Positions 51,652-61,397 of a DNA stretch of 64,000 nt are shown piece after piece. Within the stretch, counting starts at the first letter, position 1. Each line of letters starts with the position of its first letter. The stretch is from an uncultured Armatimonadetes bacterium (GTDB taxonomy: Bacteria > Armatimonadota > Hebobacteria > Hebobacterales > Hebobacteraceae). The notes beneath the pieces are model-generated. The model made no database searches. It was given only the letters and a program-made list of their open reading frames with translations, and was not told the origin of the DNA. Both the position numbers and the translations under genes were made by a program. Location: positions 96,001 through 160,000 of the forward strand of contig OY970296.1 in NCBI GenBank assembly GCA_963716175.1, written 5' to 3'.

Positions 51652-52465
51652 GGGGAGCCCACGGAGGCGGCCGCAGAGGAGGCAGTTGCCGCAGCCACGC
51701 CGGTCGTGGCCGCCAGCAGTGCCCGTAGCGCCGCCAGGCGCGGATCGCGTCGGCGTACCGCCTGCAATCGCTGACACACTGAGGCCGATCTCGATCGCCA
51801 CAACCGGTGCTTCAGCTTGCGTGTGTGGGGCGCTCGCAGGACCGCCTGTGTATGTCAGGCGACGATGAGACCGCTGCCCGGGCGCGGACCTCTGGACGCG
51901 AATCCGATTTATCACGCGACAAACCTCGGGTTGCCTGGGTGCGCGAGCCCTGCTGTCGGTCTCGAAACCTGGTAAGACCGCCACCCTTGGGCCTGTGGGA
52001 GGGCGTACAGGCGCGGGGCTCGCGGTTCGTCGAGACCGGGTCGGCGATGGCGCAGAGTGGCGGCTACGCTGCGGACCGCTCTGGCAGTCTGAGGATTGCT
52101 GGAATCCCCAGGTGATCCGTCAGGGCTTCGGGGCCCCCTCCGTCTCCTGCACGCGAGACGGCCCCCATCGCAACTGACGCGATGCCGACCGTCGTCACTC
52201 GATCGTTGAGCTTCCCCACCGCCAACCTCAGTGAGTATCGCGGTAAAGCACTCTTCGATGGCCGTCGCCGGTTCTGCCCGTGGAGACTGGCATTGATCGG
52301 CGGGGCGCTCTCCATCGAAGGCGCAGCTCAGGATGGCAGATGAGTCTCTGGACAGCATAGGGGGCTCATTGCCTGTTGACAAGCGCAGGCCGCCCCATCG
52401 GAATCTTGAGAGGTGGAGCAGCCTTCGTCCCTGCCGGCAGAGCACGCTGGGCCGTGAAGTCCAAG

Positions 52466-55345
52466 CTACTCGAATGGGCTGATCACCCCCGCCTCCAGGT
52501 CCGTCACCTTCACCCACCACAGCACCGGCGCCTGGTCGGCCGCGATCTTCACGCTCTGCATCCCAGGGGCCCCCACGGCCAGGAACCGCAGCGTCCAGCG
52601 CTGGCCCGCCTCGGTGGCGCCGATCCACTGCCACCCCCCGGGAGCCCCATTCTGGATGCCATCGTAGTCCGCCAGCGCCACCCCGTTGACTGCCACTTTC
52701 GTGGCGTCGTCGTCCCCGTCGCCGTTCTGGGCGCCGGCCCAGTTCTGCGCACATACCTGCACCCACAGCACCCCGCTGGCGGCGAACTTGTACTCCTGCC
52801 ACCAGTAGACTGCGACGAGCTTGCCTATGGGATCCACCCAGTAGGGTCCGCCCAGAGAGGCGCCGCCCGCTCCCGCCGCGCGCCCTTGCGCCCGCTCGTT
52901 CGGGTGGACTTCGAGGAGAACCTGGGGCACCACGGCCGGCTGAGCAGTCGGCTGAGACATGATCATCTCGGTGATGCGCTCCCGATAGCTATCTAGCGCC
53001 TGCTCGACCGCGGTGAGACAGCCCGGACCGTCCTGGATGCCAGCGAAGTGCTGAGTCTGACCAGTGTACCAGTCACCGCCGCTGATCGGGTACTCCGGCA
53101 CGTCATCTCTGAGCGACTGCAGCAGCGCGTCCGCGCCATCGGCCCACGCGATAAGAGTGGGCAGACCGCTCGCCCGCGCCTCGCGCGAAAGGCGATCGAG
53201 GGTGGCGGCGTAGCGGTAGTCGGTGATCCCCTGGCTCGCCCACTCGTACTTGAGCGTGGCCACGGGCCCAGCGGGGGAGGGATAGGTGTAGCGCCAGTGA
53301 TTGTTGAACGGGCTGTAGGGGAAGGGATCGAAGACGTCGCTGTCGAGCCAGTCGTAGTGCCATTCCCAGGCGCCGTCACTGGGCCACTTGAGCTGGTAGA
53401 AGCCATACACTAGGCGCAGGTCGCCGCCGGTGTTGTAGAACCAGATCGGCTTGCCCTGAGAGAGGGAACCGCTGATCAACCCGGCTGAGTTCGACCAGGG
53501 GTGGGTCTGCATGATGTCCAGGGCATCCGCGAGCGGGGTGTAGTCCACCCCCTCTTGGTCGTCCCGCATCACGGTCACGGTAGTGGTGGCCCCGGCGACC
53601 TGATGGGCGAGGTCGCAGTACTGCATGGTGTCCGCGAAGTTACGGTTCCACGGCTGGATCCCGCTCTCCCGGGGCTCGTCCAAGAGGCACATCACCAGCG
53701 GAGTGCCCACTGTATTTCCCCAGGCCAAGATCCTGCCGATGACATCCTTGTACGCGTTGTTGAAGTTGGTGTCGAACTCGCTCACGGAACTGTACTCCCG
53801 GATACGGTTGGCGAGGTCGATCGTCACCACCTGGCCCTTCCAGGCCCCGCCGAAGCCGGCATCACCCATGGCCGCCAGGTAGCGATTGGGCTCGGTGAAG
53901 TCCAGCGTGCCCACGTGGCCGCTAGTGGGGTTGATATCCAGGCAGCACGGGCATGGGAACTGAAGGGAGTTGAAGCCGTGCTTCCTCATATCCGCGAAGT
54001 CGAGGCGCAGCATGTCATCCCCCGCGCTCGCCATATCCGGAAAGAACTCGTAGCAGTAGCGTTGGTCTGGCGACATGTAGTACCAGCCATAGGCCATGTC
54101 GTTCGCCGCGTCCAACTGGAAGGGCCAGACCACCACCGTCAGCGGCAGCACCAGCGCCTGAGCCGAGGTGTTCAGCGTGACCGTGCCGGCGTAGGTCCCG
54201 GCAGGAGTGCCGGCCGGTACGTGTACGGTGAGCCAAAACTGCTTGGTCACCTGGCTGGCAACCGCTATGGGGAAGTTGCTCTGCAGCAGCCGCGGCTTCC
54301 ACGTCAGCACTCCCGAACCGAAAACCTCGCTGTCGGCAGTCGCCATGTAGCGCACATGCCGCCGCTCGATCTCCGCGCTGGGGATAGTATGCCCGTGCCC
54401 GTCGCTCAGGTCGCTTACCTGGAGGGAGACATCGGTGAGGTCATTGAGGGGCCGAATGGCGAAGCTGATTGACCGGTACTCGCCCTGAGAGGCTGCAGCG
54501 CTGACCGCCAACGCGGGCCGCGGGGAGGGCGGCAGGGTGTCCGGGTAGCAGGCATCCATGGTCGCCACCGGCCAGGCGGCATAGCCGCGCAGGCTCTCCT
54601 CGCCGGTAGGTGTGAAGGTTAGGTCCTGCGGCACGTTGATGTAATAGGCGGTCTCGAACTGCACCCGACGTTGGGCCTCCCAGTCCGCGATCCGGGTGCT
54701 CATCTCACCCGCGAGGTCGGTGGGGTAGGCTATCAGGGAATAGAGCCAGCACTGGACGAAATGCAGGTCGAGGCTGCCGTCGGTGACGCCAATGGTGAAG
54801 CTATAGGCGGGGAAGTTGGCGTTTTCGAACTGCTCCCAGGCGGATCGGCTCAGCGGGTAGTCCTCGTCCATGCCCCGATAGTAGTAGCTGGTGCTGTAGA
54901 AGGTGCCCGAATCCATCGGCGCATCCACCTGGAGCGCCCCTTCCGCCCAGACTTGCCAGTTCCTCACCGGCATGGCACTGGGATTGCCCGACCGGGCGAT
55001 CACATAGACCGTGTAGCTGTCATTGGGCAAGTCCACCCGGAAATCGAGATCGGAGTCACCAGGGTAACAGACGTTGCTGCAGGGGATCCCCCGCACGAAA
55101 TCGCGGGTCATGTCATCCGGACCGCCATAGTCGCCGCTGACACGAATCTGATCCGCCTGGCTATAGACCCATCCGAAAGGCATGGTGGTCGGATCCACTG
55201 GGTAGTTGTCGCTGTCCGACTCGGTTACCCGGAAGAAGTCCCTCCACCGGGGCGAGGTGGCGGTGCCGAAGTCGAACTTCCAGATGTTCCGGACGGCGTC
55301 GGCTCCAGGGTCATCATGAACCGTCTCCAGGCGGACGTAGTCCAT
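52466..55345 (-). CDS. Large glycoside-hydrolase-like protein (GH123/DUF4091-like architecture), N-terminally truncated
   Basis: TKQFWLTVHVPAGTPAGTYAGTVTL..LTVVVWPFQL, DMRKHGFN, LDEP, ATLKYEW..QGITDYRY; no RBS or signal peptide and an in-frame stop 8 codons upstream. Confidence 0.6.
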   Translation of the reverse strand: MDYVRLETVHDDPGADAVRNIWKFDFGTATSPRWRDFFRVTESDSDNYPVDPTTMPFGWVYSQADQIRVSGDYGGPDDMTRDFVRGIPCSNVCYPGDSDLDFRVDLPNDSYTVYVIARSGNPSAMPVRNWQVWAEGALQVDAPMDSGTFYSTSYYYRGMDEDYPLSRSAWEQFENANFPAYSFTIGVTDGSLDLHFVQCWLYSLIAYPTDLAGEMSTRIADWEAQRRVQFETAYYINVPQDLTFTPTGEESLRGYAAWPVATMDACYPDTLPPSPRPALAVSAAASQGEYRSISFAIRPLNDLTDVSLQVSDLSDGHGHTIPSAEIERRHVRYMATADSEVFGSGVLTWKPRLLQSNFPIAVASQVTKQFWLTVHVPAGTPAGTYAGTVTLNTSAQALVLPLTVVVWPFQLDAANDMAYGWYYMSPDQRYCYEFFPDMASAGDDMLRLDFADMRKHGFNSLQFPCPCCLDINPTSGHVGTLDFTEPNRYLAAMGDAGFGGAWKGQVVTIDLANRIREYSSVSEFDTNFNNAYKDVIGRILAWGNTVGTPLVMCLLDEPRESGIQPWNRNFADTMQYCDLAHQVAGATTTVTVMRDDQEGVDYTPLADALDIMQTHPWSNSAGLISGSLSQGKPIWFYNTGGDLRLVYGFYQLKWPSDGAWEWHYDWLDSDVFDPFPYSPFNNHWRYTYPSPAGPVATLKYEWASQGITDYRYAATLDRLSREARASGLPTLIAWADGADALLQSLRDDVPEYPISGGDWYTGQTQHFAGIQDGPGCLTAVEQALDSYRERITEMIMSQPTAQPAVVPQVLLEVHPNERAQGRAAGAGGASLGGPYWVDPIGKLVAVYWWQEYKFAASGVLWVQVCAQNWAGAQNGDGDDDATKVAVNGVALADYDGIQNGAPGGWQWIGATEAGQRWTLRFLAVGAPGMQSVKIAADQAPVLWWVKVTDLEAGVISPFE

Positions 55346-55355
55346 GTAGACGAAG

Positions 55356-55921
55356 ATGTTTGAGATTCACGATGACGAGATCAACGTTGACGAGATCATG
55401 AGCCGGATTCAGGAGCGAGCCCGGCAGCGCGCCCTGCAGGGGCCGATCCCGAGCGGGGCCATGGCCCCTCGGGCAGCATCACTCCTGCCGGCCGCCGCTT
55501 ATCCCTCGGGCGATGAGGTCCGGAACCTGGAAATCCTGAACGCGAACTTCGACCCCGAGAGCACGCTCCCGGAGCGCACGCGCTTGCGTGGCCTCAAGCG
55601 CTTGGCCTTCTGGGCGGTCAGGCCTTTCGCGCGCGCTCAGGCCTCCTTCAACGCGGCGGCGACGGCGCTTCTATCAAGACACGTGGATCAGATCGACGCC
55701 GTGGTTCAATGCCTGTCCGCGCTGGAGGAGAGAGTCGGCGGCCTCGATGAACTAAGAGGCGTGATGGACAACCGCGTCACGGATCTTGAGAAGGCGCTGG
55801 ATGGGCTTTGTGCTGGCCTAGCCGGAAGGGAAGTGGGCCCGGATGGCCGGCTAGCTTGCCTGAAGGCGGCCGCGGCCGAACTTCACGAGTTGGAGGATCA
55901 TGAGCGCGCGCTCGGCCAGTT
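55356..55921 (+). pseudogene. N-terminal coiled-coil fragment of a polysaccharide-biosynthesis methyl/glycosyltransferase-like protein, apparently inverted
   Basis: MFEIHDDEINVDEIMSRIQERAR...LKRLAFWAVRPF..AQASFN; no RBS; frame then runs into the antisense of the Wzt fragment. Confidence 0.5.
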
Positions 55922-55948
55922 GGTCAGACATGTGACCTCCCCCCGCTC

Positions 55949-56713
55949 CTATTCCGTCCATGCTCTCGCCACGAAGATCCCCAGCTCCCGCCGGTCCCCC
56001 TTGAAGCCGTGCTCCTCTGGCACCCAGGTGCCATCCAGCCGAACCTCCACCTTCACCGGCGCACCGGTCTCCAGGGTGACCGGGATGCTGATGGTCTTGA
56101 GCTGACTCGAGTCCAGCTGGAACTCTCCCACCTCGGCCCCGTTCACCCACACCCGCCCCCGCACCGGCCGCTCGCGAATATCGCCCCGGTGGCAGGAAGC
56201 CGTCAGGCCGACCGCCTTCGCCGGCCCCCGCAGTACGAAAGCGAACTCCCCCTTGGTCCAGCACATGGGCCGGCCGCCTGCGTCCTCTACGTGATACCAT
56301 CCTTGCAGCAGGTATTTCTCATCCCGCATATCCAGCGACCGCGGCGCTTCCGGATAAAGGGCCGCGATCACGGAGGCGAGATCAGACACTCCCTCTGCGC
56401 GCCGAAAAGAAACCTGAGGGCGCAAGTGGGCGGCCCCGATGAAGTGGTAGTCGGTCCGCGGCAGCACCTGGAAGGAAAGCATCGCGTCCGCCCAGTCAAA
56501 ACAGCGGTACAGGTGCACGTCCTCGGTGTGCACCGCCACTGTCACAGTGTACTGCCCGGGGCCAATGTCCATCTCCAAGGCCCACCTCACCTCCAGCCCG
56601 TCGCCCGCGTCAAAGGCTCCGGTCTCCCGGCCCAGGCCATAGGTGTTGGTGCCCCATATGTCGTTTCCCAGCCGGTCCCGTATCAGGATGCCAACGGTTG
56701 GGTTCTCGCCCAT
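55949..56713 (-). pseudogene. Wzt C-terminal carbohydrate-binding domain fragment (ATPase domain missing)
   Basis: PTVGILIRDRLGNDIWGTNT, IGPGQYTVTVAVH, FDWADAMLSFQV; no Walker motifs upstream. Confidence 0.7.
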
Positions 56714-56890
56714 GACGTCGGGAGCGCTGCTGGTACGCTGAGAACGCGTCGTGGGCATGGCATCACTTCCATGCCCATTATAGCATAGGGCCCGGTTCGT
56801 TGGGTGCAGGAGCGTCCTGGGGGCAGTGGGCTATCGTCAGTAGCCTGTCGCTCTATCTCGACGCTCATCTCCGCGATCCCGAGCTAGCGT

Positions 56891-56919
56891 TTGACCGGGA
56901 TCGAAGATTGTGGTATAGT
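56891..56919 (+). promoter_or_regulatory. sigma70-like promoter of the helicase/RRM operon
   Basis: TTGACC-N17-TATAGT with extended TGn. Confidence 0.65.
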
Positions 56920-57054
56920 GTGCCCAGTGCTCATGCTCTGACTGGTCGGACAGCCGCCAGCCAAGGTCAAAGGGCACAATCAAGAGCAAGTCACCTCGTC
57001 GGCTAGAAGAGCGCCGCTGTGGCGATATGACTTTCTCTAGCCTGCGAGGCAACG

Positions 57055-58270
57055 ACAATTTTCACTCAGTTTCGCCTTTCCCCCGGACTCATTCGGGCCA
57101 CTCGCCGAATGGGCTTTGAGACGCCGACTCCCATCCAGCAGGAAGTAATTCCTCTTGCGCTTGCCGGCGGCGATGTCATCGCCACGGCGGAGACGGGAAG
57201 CGGCAAGACCGCTGCCTTCTTGCTCCCACTGATCCAGCGTCTCTACGGCGGCCGGAACGGATGCACGCGAGCGCTGATCCTCTCTCCCACGCGTGAGCTC
57301 GCGGCCCAAACCGCGGAGCAGTGCGTCCTACTGACGCACGACACACCTCTGCGCACAATAGACGTGTACGGCGGCGTCGGCATGGCCCGCCAACATCGAG
57401 GCCCTGAGAGTCGGCTATGAGATCGTGGTGGCAACGCCTGGTCGATTGCTCGACCACTGCCGCCGACGTTCGGCTCGGCTCGACGCGGTCGAAGTGCTGG
57501 TGGTGGACGAGGCCGACCGCATGATGGACATGGGGTTCATCCCCGACCTGCGGCGCATCCTTGCGCTGCTGCCTAGAGAACGCCAGTCCATGCTCTTCTC
57601 CGCCACCATGCCGATCGCGCTGATGGAAGTGGCGTATGAGGAGATCCTGCGGAACCCGACCCACGTCGAGGTCGGCTCGCCCTCTGCTCCGCCCCCGACG
57701 GTATCGCAGTCTGTGTACATGGTGCCGTCGGCGCGCAAGACCGATCTGCTGCTGGAGTTGCTCAACCACGATGCCATGGTGAGCGTGGTGGTCTTCGTTC
57801 GCACCCGGCACCGCGCCAATCTCCTCGCCACTCGTCTTCAGCGCGAGAGGCTGAAGACGGCCTGCATCCACGGTGATCGCAGCCAACACGAGCGGGAACA
57901 GGCCCTCGACAGCTTCCGGCAGCGCTCCGTGCGAGTGCTTGTCGCAACCGACGTTGCTGCTCGCGGCCTCCATGTGGAGGGAGTCACGCATGTGGTCAAC
58001 TACGACGTCCCTGCCCTGCCAGTGGAGTATCTCAACCGGATCGGACGAACGGCGCGAGCCGGAGCCTCCGGTGATGCCCTCACCCTGGCAAGCCGCGAGG
58101 ACGCCGCTGCTCTGGCGGGCATTGAACGTACTCTCGGCGGGCAGTTGCCCCGGGTGGCCGTGGCGGGGTTGACCGAGCCCGAGCCTGCTCGCATCTCGCC
58201 TGTACCTGGGAGGCCCCGCCCGCACCCACGCGGTGCGCGGCGGTCGCTGGGCCGAGGTCGGCGAAGGTAG
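57055..58270 (+). pseudogene. DEAD-box RNA helicase (RhlE-like), frameshifted near 57394; start unresolved
   Basis: MGFETPTPIQ, AETGSGKT, PTRELA, then ATPGRL, DEAD, SAT, HGDRSQ, TDVAARG in the next frame; motif VI reads NRIGRT. Confidence 0.85.
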
Positions 58271-58396
58271 CCGCTCGGCCACTGTGTGCCTCGCTTCTGC
58301 TGCACCACGCCCTGGCGCGCGGTGAAGAAGCTGGCGCTTCAGCGATATGCATCAAGCTGTTACCCCGGAGCCAGGCCAGGGCACAAGGAGAGCATA

Positions 58397-58693
58397 GTGG
58401 CAAACAAGAGTCTGTACGTTGGGAACCTGAGCTACTCCACGAGCGAGAGCTCGCTCCGCGCGTTGTTCGCGGAGTTCGAGCCGAGCGAAGTCCGACTCAT
58501 CGGCGACAAGGGCTTCGGCTTCGTGGACGTCCCCGAAGACAAGGCGGCAGCAGCAATCCTTGCCATGAACGGCAAGGAAGTGGATGGCCGCGCCATCACT
58601 GTCAATGAGGCGCGTCCTAGGGCTGAGCGCAGTGGCGGCGACCGGCGTTCTGGTGGCGGCTTCGGTGGGGGCGGCGGCCGCCGACGCTGGTAG
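58397..58693 (+). CDS. RRM-domain RNA-binding protein with Gly-rich tail
   Basis: LYVGNLSY (RNP2), KGFGFV (RNP1), VDGRAITVNEARPR; AAGGAG RBS. Confidence 0.92.
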   Translation: MANKSLYVGNLSYSTSESSLRALFAEFEPSEVRLIGDKGFGFVDVPEDKAAAAILAMNGKEVDGRAITVNEARPRAERSGGDRRSGGGFGGGGGRRRW

Positions 58694-58695
58694 TC

Positions 58696-58887
58696 ATGCC
58701 TGACGTGGAGCTAGTCTGCGAGTTCTGTGGGCAAGGCTTCGTCTATTCGGTCGCTGAGCAGGCGGCGGACGGCCGAGCAGGCTATCCGCCGCCTCGCGCC
58801 TGCCGGCCTTGCCTGCAGCAGCGCCGTGCCGCAGGGGCCGCCAAACGTGCCGCCAGGCGTCCCCGCACCAGGCGGTTCGGCCGCTGA
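58696..58887 (+). CDS. Small zinc-ribbon protein
   Basis: LVCEFCGQGFVYSVAEQ...GY.PPRACRPC; starts 2 bp after the RRM gene. Confidence 0.7.
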   Translation: MPDVELVCEFCGQGFVYSVAEQAADGRAGYPPPRACRPCLQQRRAAGAAKRAARRPRTRRFGR

Positions 58888-59057
58888 GGAGGACGACCAC
58901 TGATCGGGCCTGCGTCCTTGCCCAGCAGGGCGATGCTGTAGGAAGGCCGCCTGCCGGGCAGCTGATGCGCACGGGGCCTGGCGGGTAGGGCGGGGAGACA
59001 ATCCTCCTCAATCCCTGCCGCGAGTATACGACTGGCAAGGCTGACTGTGAGACGAGT

Positions 59058-60401
59058 GTGACGAAAAACAGGCCGAGGCTGCTCATCATTGCGCCCGCAT
59101 GGTCGCAAGGCTGGTGGGGTGGAGGCAGGGTGCTCGCACCCCCGCTGGTACTGCCGTCGCTGGCGGGATTGACACCACCCGATGTGGACGTACGGCTGGT
59201 TGACGAGAACGTCGAGGCCGTCGACACGAACGCCGATGTGGATTGGGTGGCGATCACCTGCATGACGGCCTCCGCGCCCCGCGCCTATGTCATCGCCGAG
59301 GCCTTTCGCCGGCGAGGCATACCAGTGGTCATGGGCGGCATCCATCCGACGGTGTTGCCTGATGAGGCCGCCGCTCACGCTGACGCGGTGGTAGTCGGCG
59401 AGGCCGAGCCGGTCTGGCGGGAGGTAGTGGCGGATCTGGCAGCCGGCCGCCTGAGGCCTCGCTACACGCATGATGGCTATGCCGATCTCTCAGGTCTTCC
59501 TCGTCCTCGCCGAGAGCTGCTTCAGGTCGACCGCTACCTTACCACCAACATCGTCCAGACCGCGCGAGGGTGCCCGAATGCGTGCACCTTCTGCACGGTG
59601 AGCGCGGTATCCGGTAGGAGATATCGCTTCCGCCCCGTTCCCGAGGTGGTGGAGGAAGTCCGATCGCTGTGCGGTGGATGGGTCGGGTTTGTTGATGACA
59701 ACATCGCCGGTCACGCCCGGCGGGCGAAGGAGCTGTTCGAAGCGCTGATCCCGCTCAAGCGCCGCTGGATCGGCCAGGCCGACCTGACCATGGCCAGGGA
59801 TCCCGAGCTGCTCTCCCTCGCCGCGCGCAGTGGCTGCCAGGCGATGTTCGTGGGCCTGGAATCGCTCTCGCAAGAGAATCTGCGAGCCACGGGCAAGTCC
59901 CCGAACCTGGGGATGGATATGGGCGCGGCGATTCGAACGATCCACAAGGCCGGCATTGAGATCATCGGGTCGTTCGTCCTGGGGTTGGACGGAGATGACC
60001 GCGGCGTCTTCGCCAGGACGGTGGAGTTCGCGGAGCAGCACAAGCTGGTCGCCGCCCAGTTCGCGGTGCTCACTCCCTTCCCGGGCACCGCGATGCGTCA
60101 GCAGCTCGAGCGTGAGGGGCGGATTCTGGATCACGACTGGGCACACTACACCATGAGCAACGTGGTGTTCCGTCCCCGGCACATGACGGACCTCGAACTG
60201 CGGGCGGGGCAGAAGTATGCGTACGGCCGCTTCTACTCCATGCCCTCGATCCTCAAGCGCAACTTGACGGTACGGAGGAAGTTCCTCGGCCGTCTCCTCG
60301 TCAACCTCAGCTACCGCGGCATTCACCGCGGGAAGGGCATGCACGACCGTCTGCCCGCGCAACAACACGCCAAGCCGGTGCGCATCGGCAGCACCGGGTA
60401 G
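59058..60401 (+). CDS. B12-binding domain radical SAM protein
   Basis: PVVMGGIHPT, VVGEAE, QTARGCPNACTFC, FVDDNI, FVGLES, LTPFPGT. Confidence 0.88.
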   Translation: MTKNRPRLLIIAPAWSQGWWGGGRVLAPPLVLPSLAGLTPPDVDVRLVDENVEAVDTNADVDWVAITCMTASAPRAYVIAEAFRRRGIPVVMGGIHPTVLPDEAAAHADAVVVGEAEPVWREVVADLAAGRLRPRYTHDGYADLSGLPRPRRELLQVDRYLTTNIVQTARGCPNACTFCTVSAVSGRRYRFRPVPEVVEEVRSLCGGWVGFVDDNIAGHARRAKELFEALIPLKRRWIGQADLTMARDPELLSLAARSGCQAMFVGLESLSQENLRATGKSPNLGMDMGAAIRTIHKAGIEIIGSFVLGLDGDDRGVFARTVEFAEQHKLVAAQFAVLTPFPGTAMRQQLEREGRILDHDWAHYTMSNVVFRPRHMTDLELRAGQKYAYGRFYSMPSILKRNLTVRRKFLGRLLVNLSYRGIHRGKGMHDRLPAQQHAKPVRIGSTG

Positions 60402-61065
60402 ATGCCCCTTGCTGAGCCGAGGTCGAACTGGGGTCCCAGTTATCCGAGGGAGAGCCTGAAGCTCCAGAGGGTGCGATTCCGCTGCACCCGAACGTGCAAC
60501 GCGAGCCCGCGAGTCGGACCTTCGTGAAAGGATGTGAGAATGCGCCTCGACTATGTCGTCCCGCGTGACCTTCCAGCTGGTGCGTGCCATCGCATCCGCC
60601 GCGAATCGCGTAAGCGCCAGTCCCCAGCGCGGGGCGGTGTGCCCGGTCGTTTCCTCTGCACCCACCATGGCATCGTACTCAGGGACGAAGAGATGGCCAA
60701 GTGCGAAGGTCGCGGGAGCAGTCCATGCTGGTACGAAGCGCCAAGCGGTTGATCTATGCCTGGTGCACCTTCGCGTGGACCACGACGCCGCCCACCGAGG
60801 GGTTACGGGTGGCAGCCACCGCGCGGCGAGACGGAGCGCGTCTCGGTGACGCAGCTTACGAACACACAGAGCGCGCGCCGGGAAGCCTCGTACGGGCCAT
60901 AGACTCATATGCGTAGTCCGGTGTGGCTGGAGTCCGCCCGGGGACAGGATCATGGACCGGGAGAGGCCGCGAGCCAGGCTCGGACGGGAGAGGATGAAGC
61001 CCCGCGCCAGGCGTCCCTGATAGCGCGGCCCAAGGCGCCGGTAGTAATAGGGCCCCCGGTCTTCC

Positions 61066-61146
61066 TGTGGGTGTTCCCATAAGGCGGCGTGTCAGTAGCC
61101 CTCCTGCAGTACCCCGAGACCCGTATGCGGTCTCTGTTGAGACATG
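61066..61146 (+). repeat. Uninterrupted copy of the ~80-bp repeat targeted by the IS110 element
   Basis: Colinear with the reverse complement of 28507-28571 joined to 30095-30113. Confidence 0.75.
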
Positions 61147-61397
61147 CTGTCGTTGTCAACCGCTCGTGAAGCCGGCCTGAGGGCACCCTCGCCCAGTCCG
61201 ACCACAGCTCGGCATCGTCGCCTATCCTCTACGCCTCCCAGCACAGGAGTGTCAGCGAGTGCCGAGAATATCATGATGTGCGTCCCAGTAGCGCTCTGGC
61301 GGGCGGGACGCTATCCGGACACTGCGAGGCCCAGGTGAAGTGGCGCTTTGATCCTAGCTCTGCTGGCATCGAACACCGCAGGACCAAGAGGAGACCC

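Noticed and set aside
51652-52465. Possible gene or mobile-element end (GATTTATCACGCGACA near 51906-51921)
   Set aside because: ORFs here lack recognisable motifs and the end-like motif has no partner or transposase fragment I can confirm.
58890-59057. Cobalamin riboswitch upstream of the B12-binding radical SAM gene
   Set aside because: No recognisable B12-box or conserved GGGAA/GCCACTG core could be found by eye.
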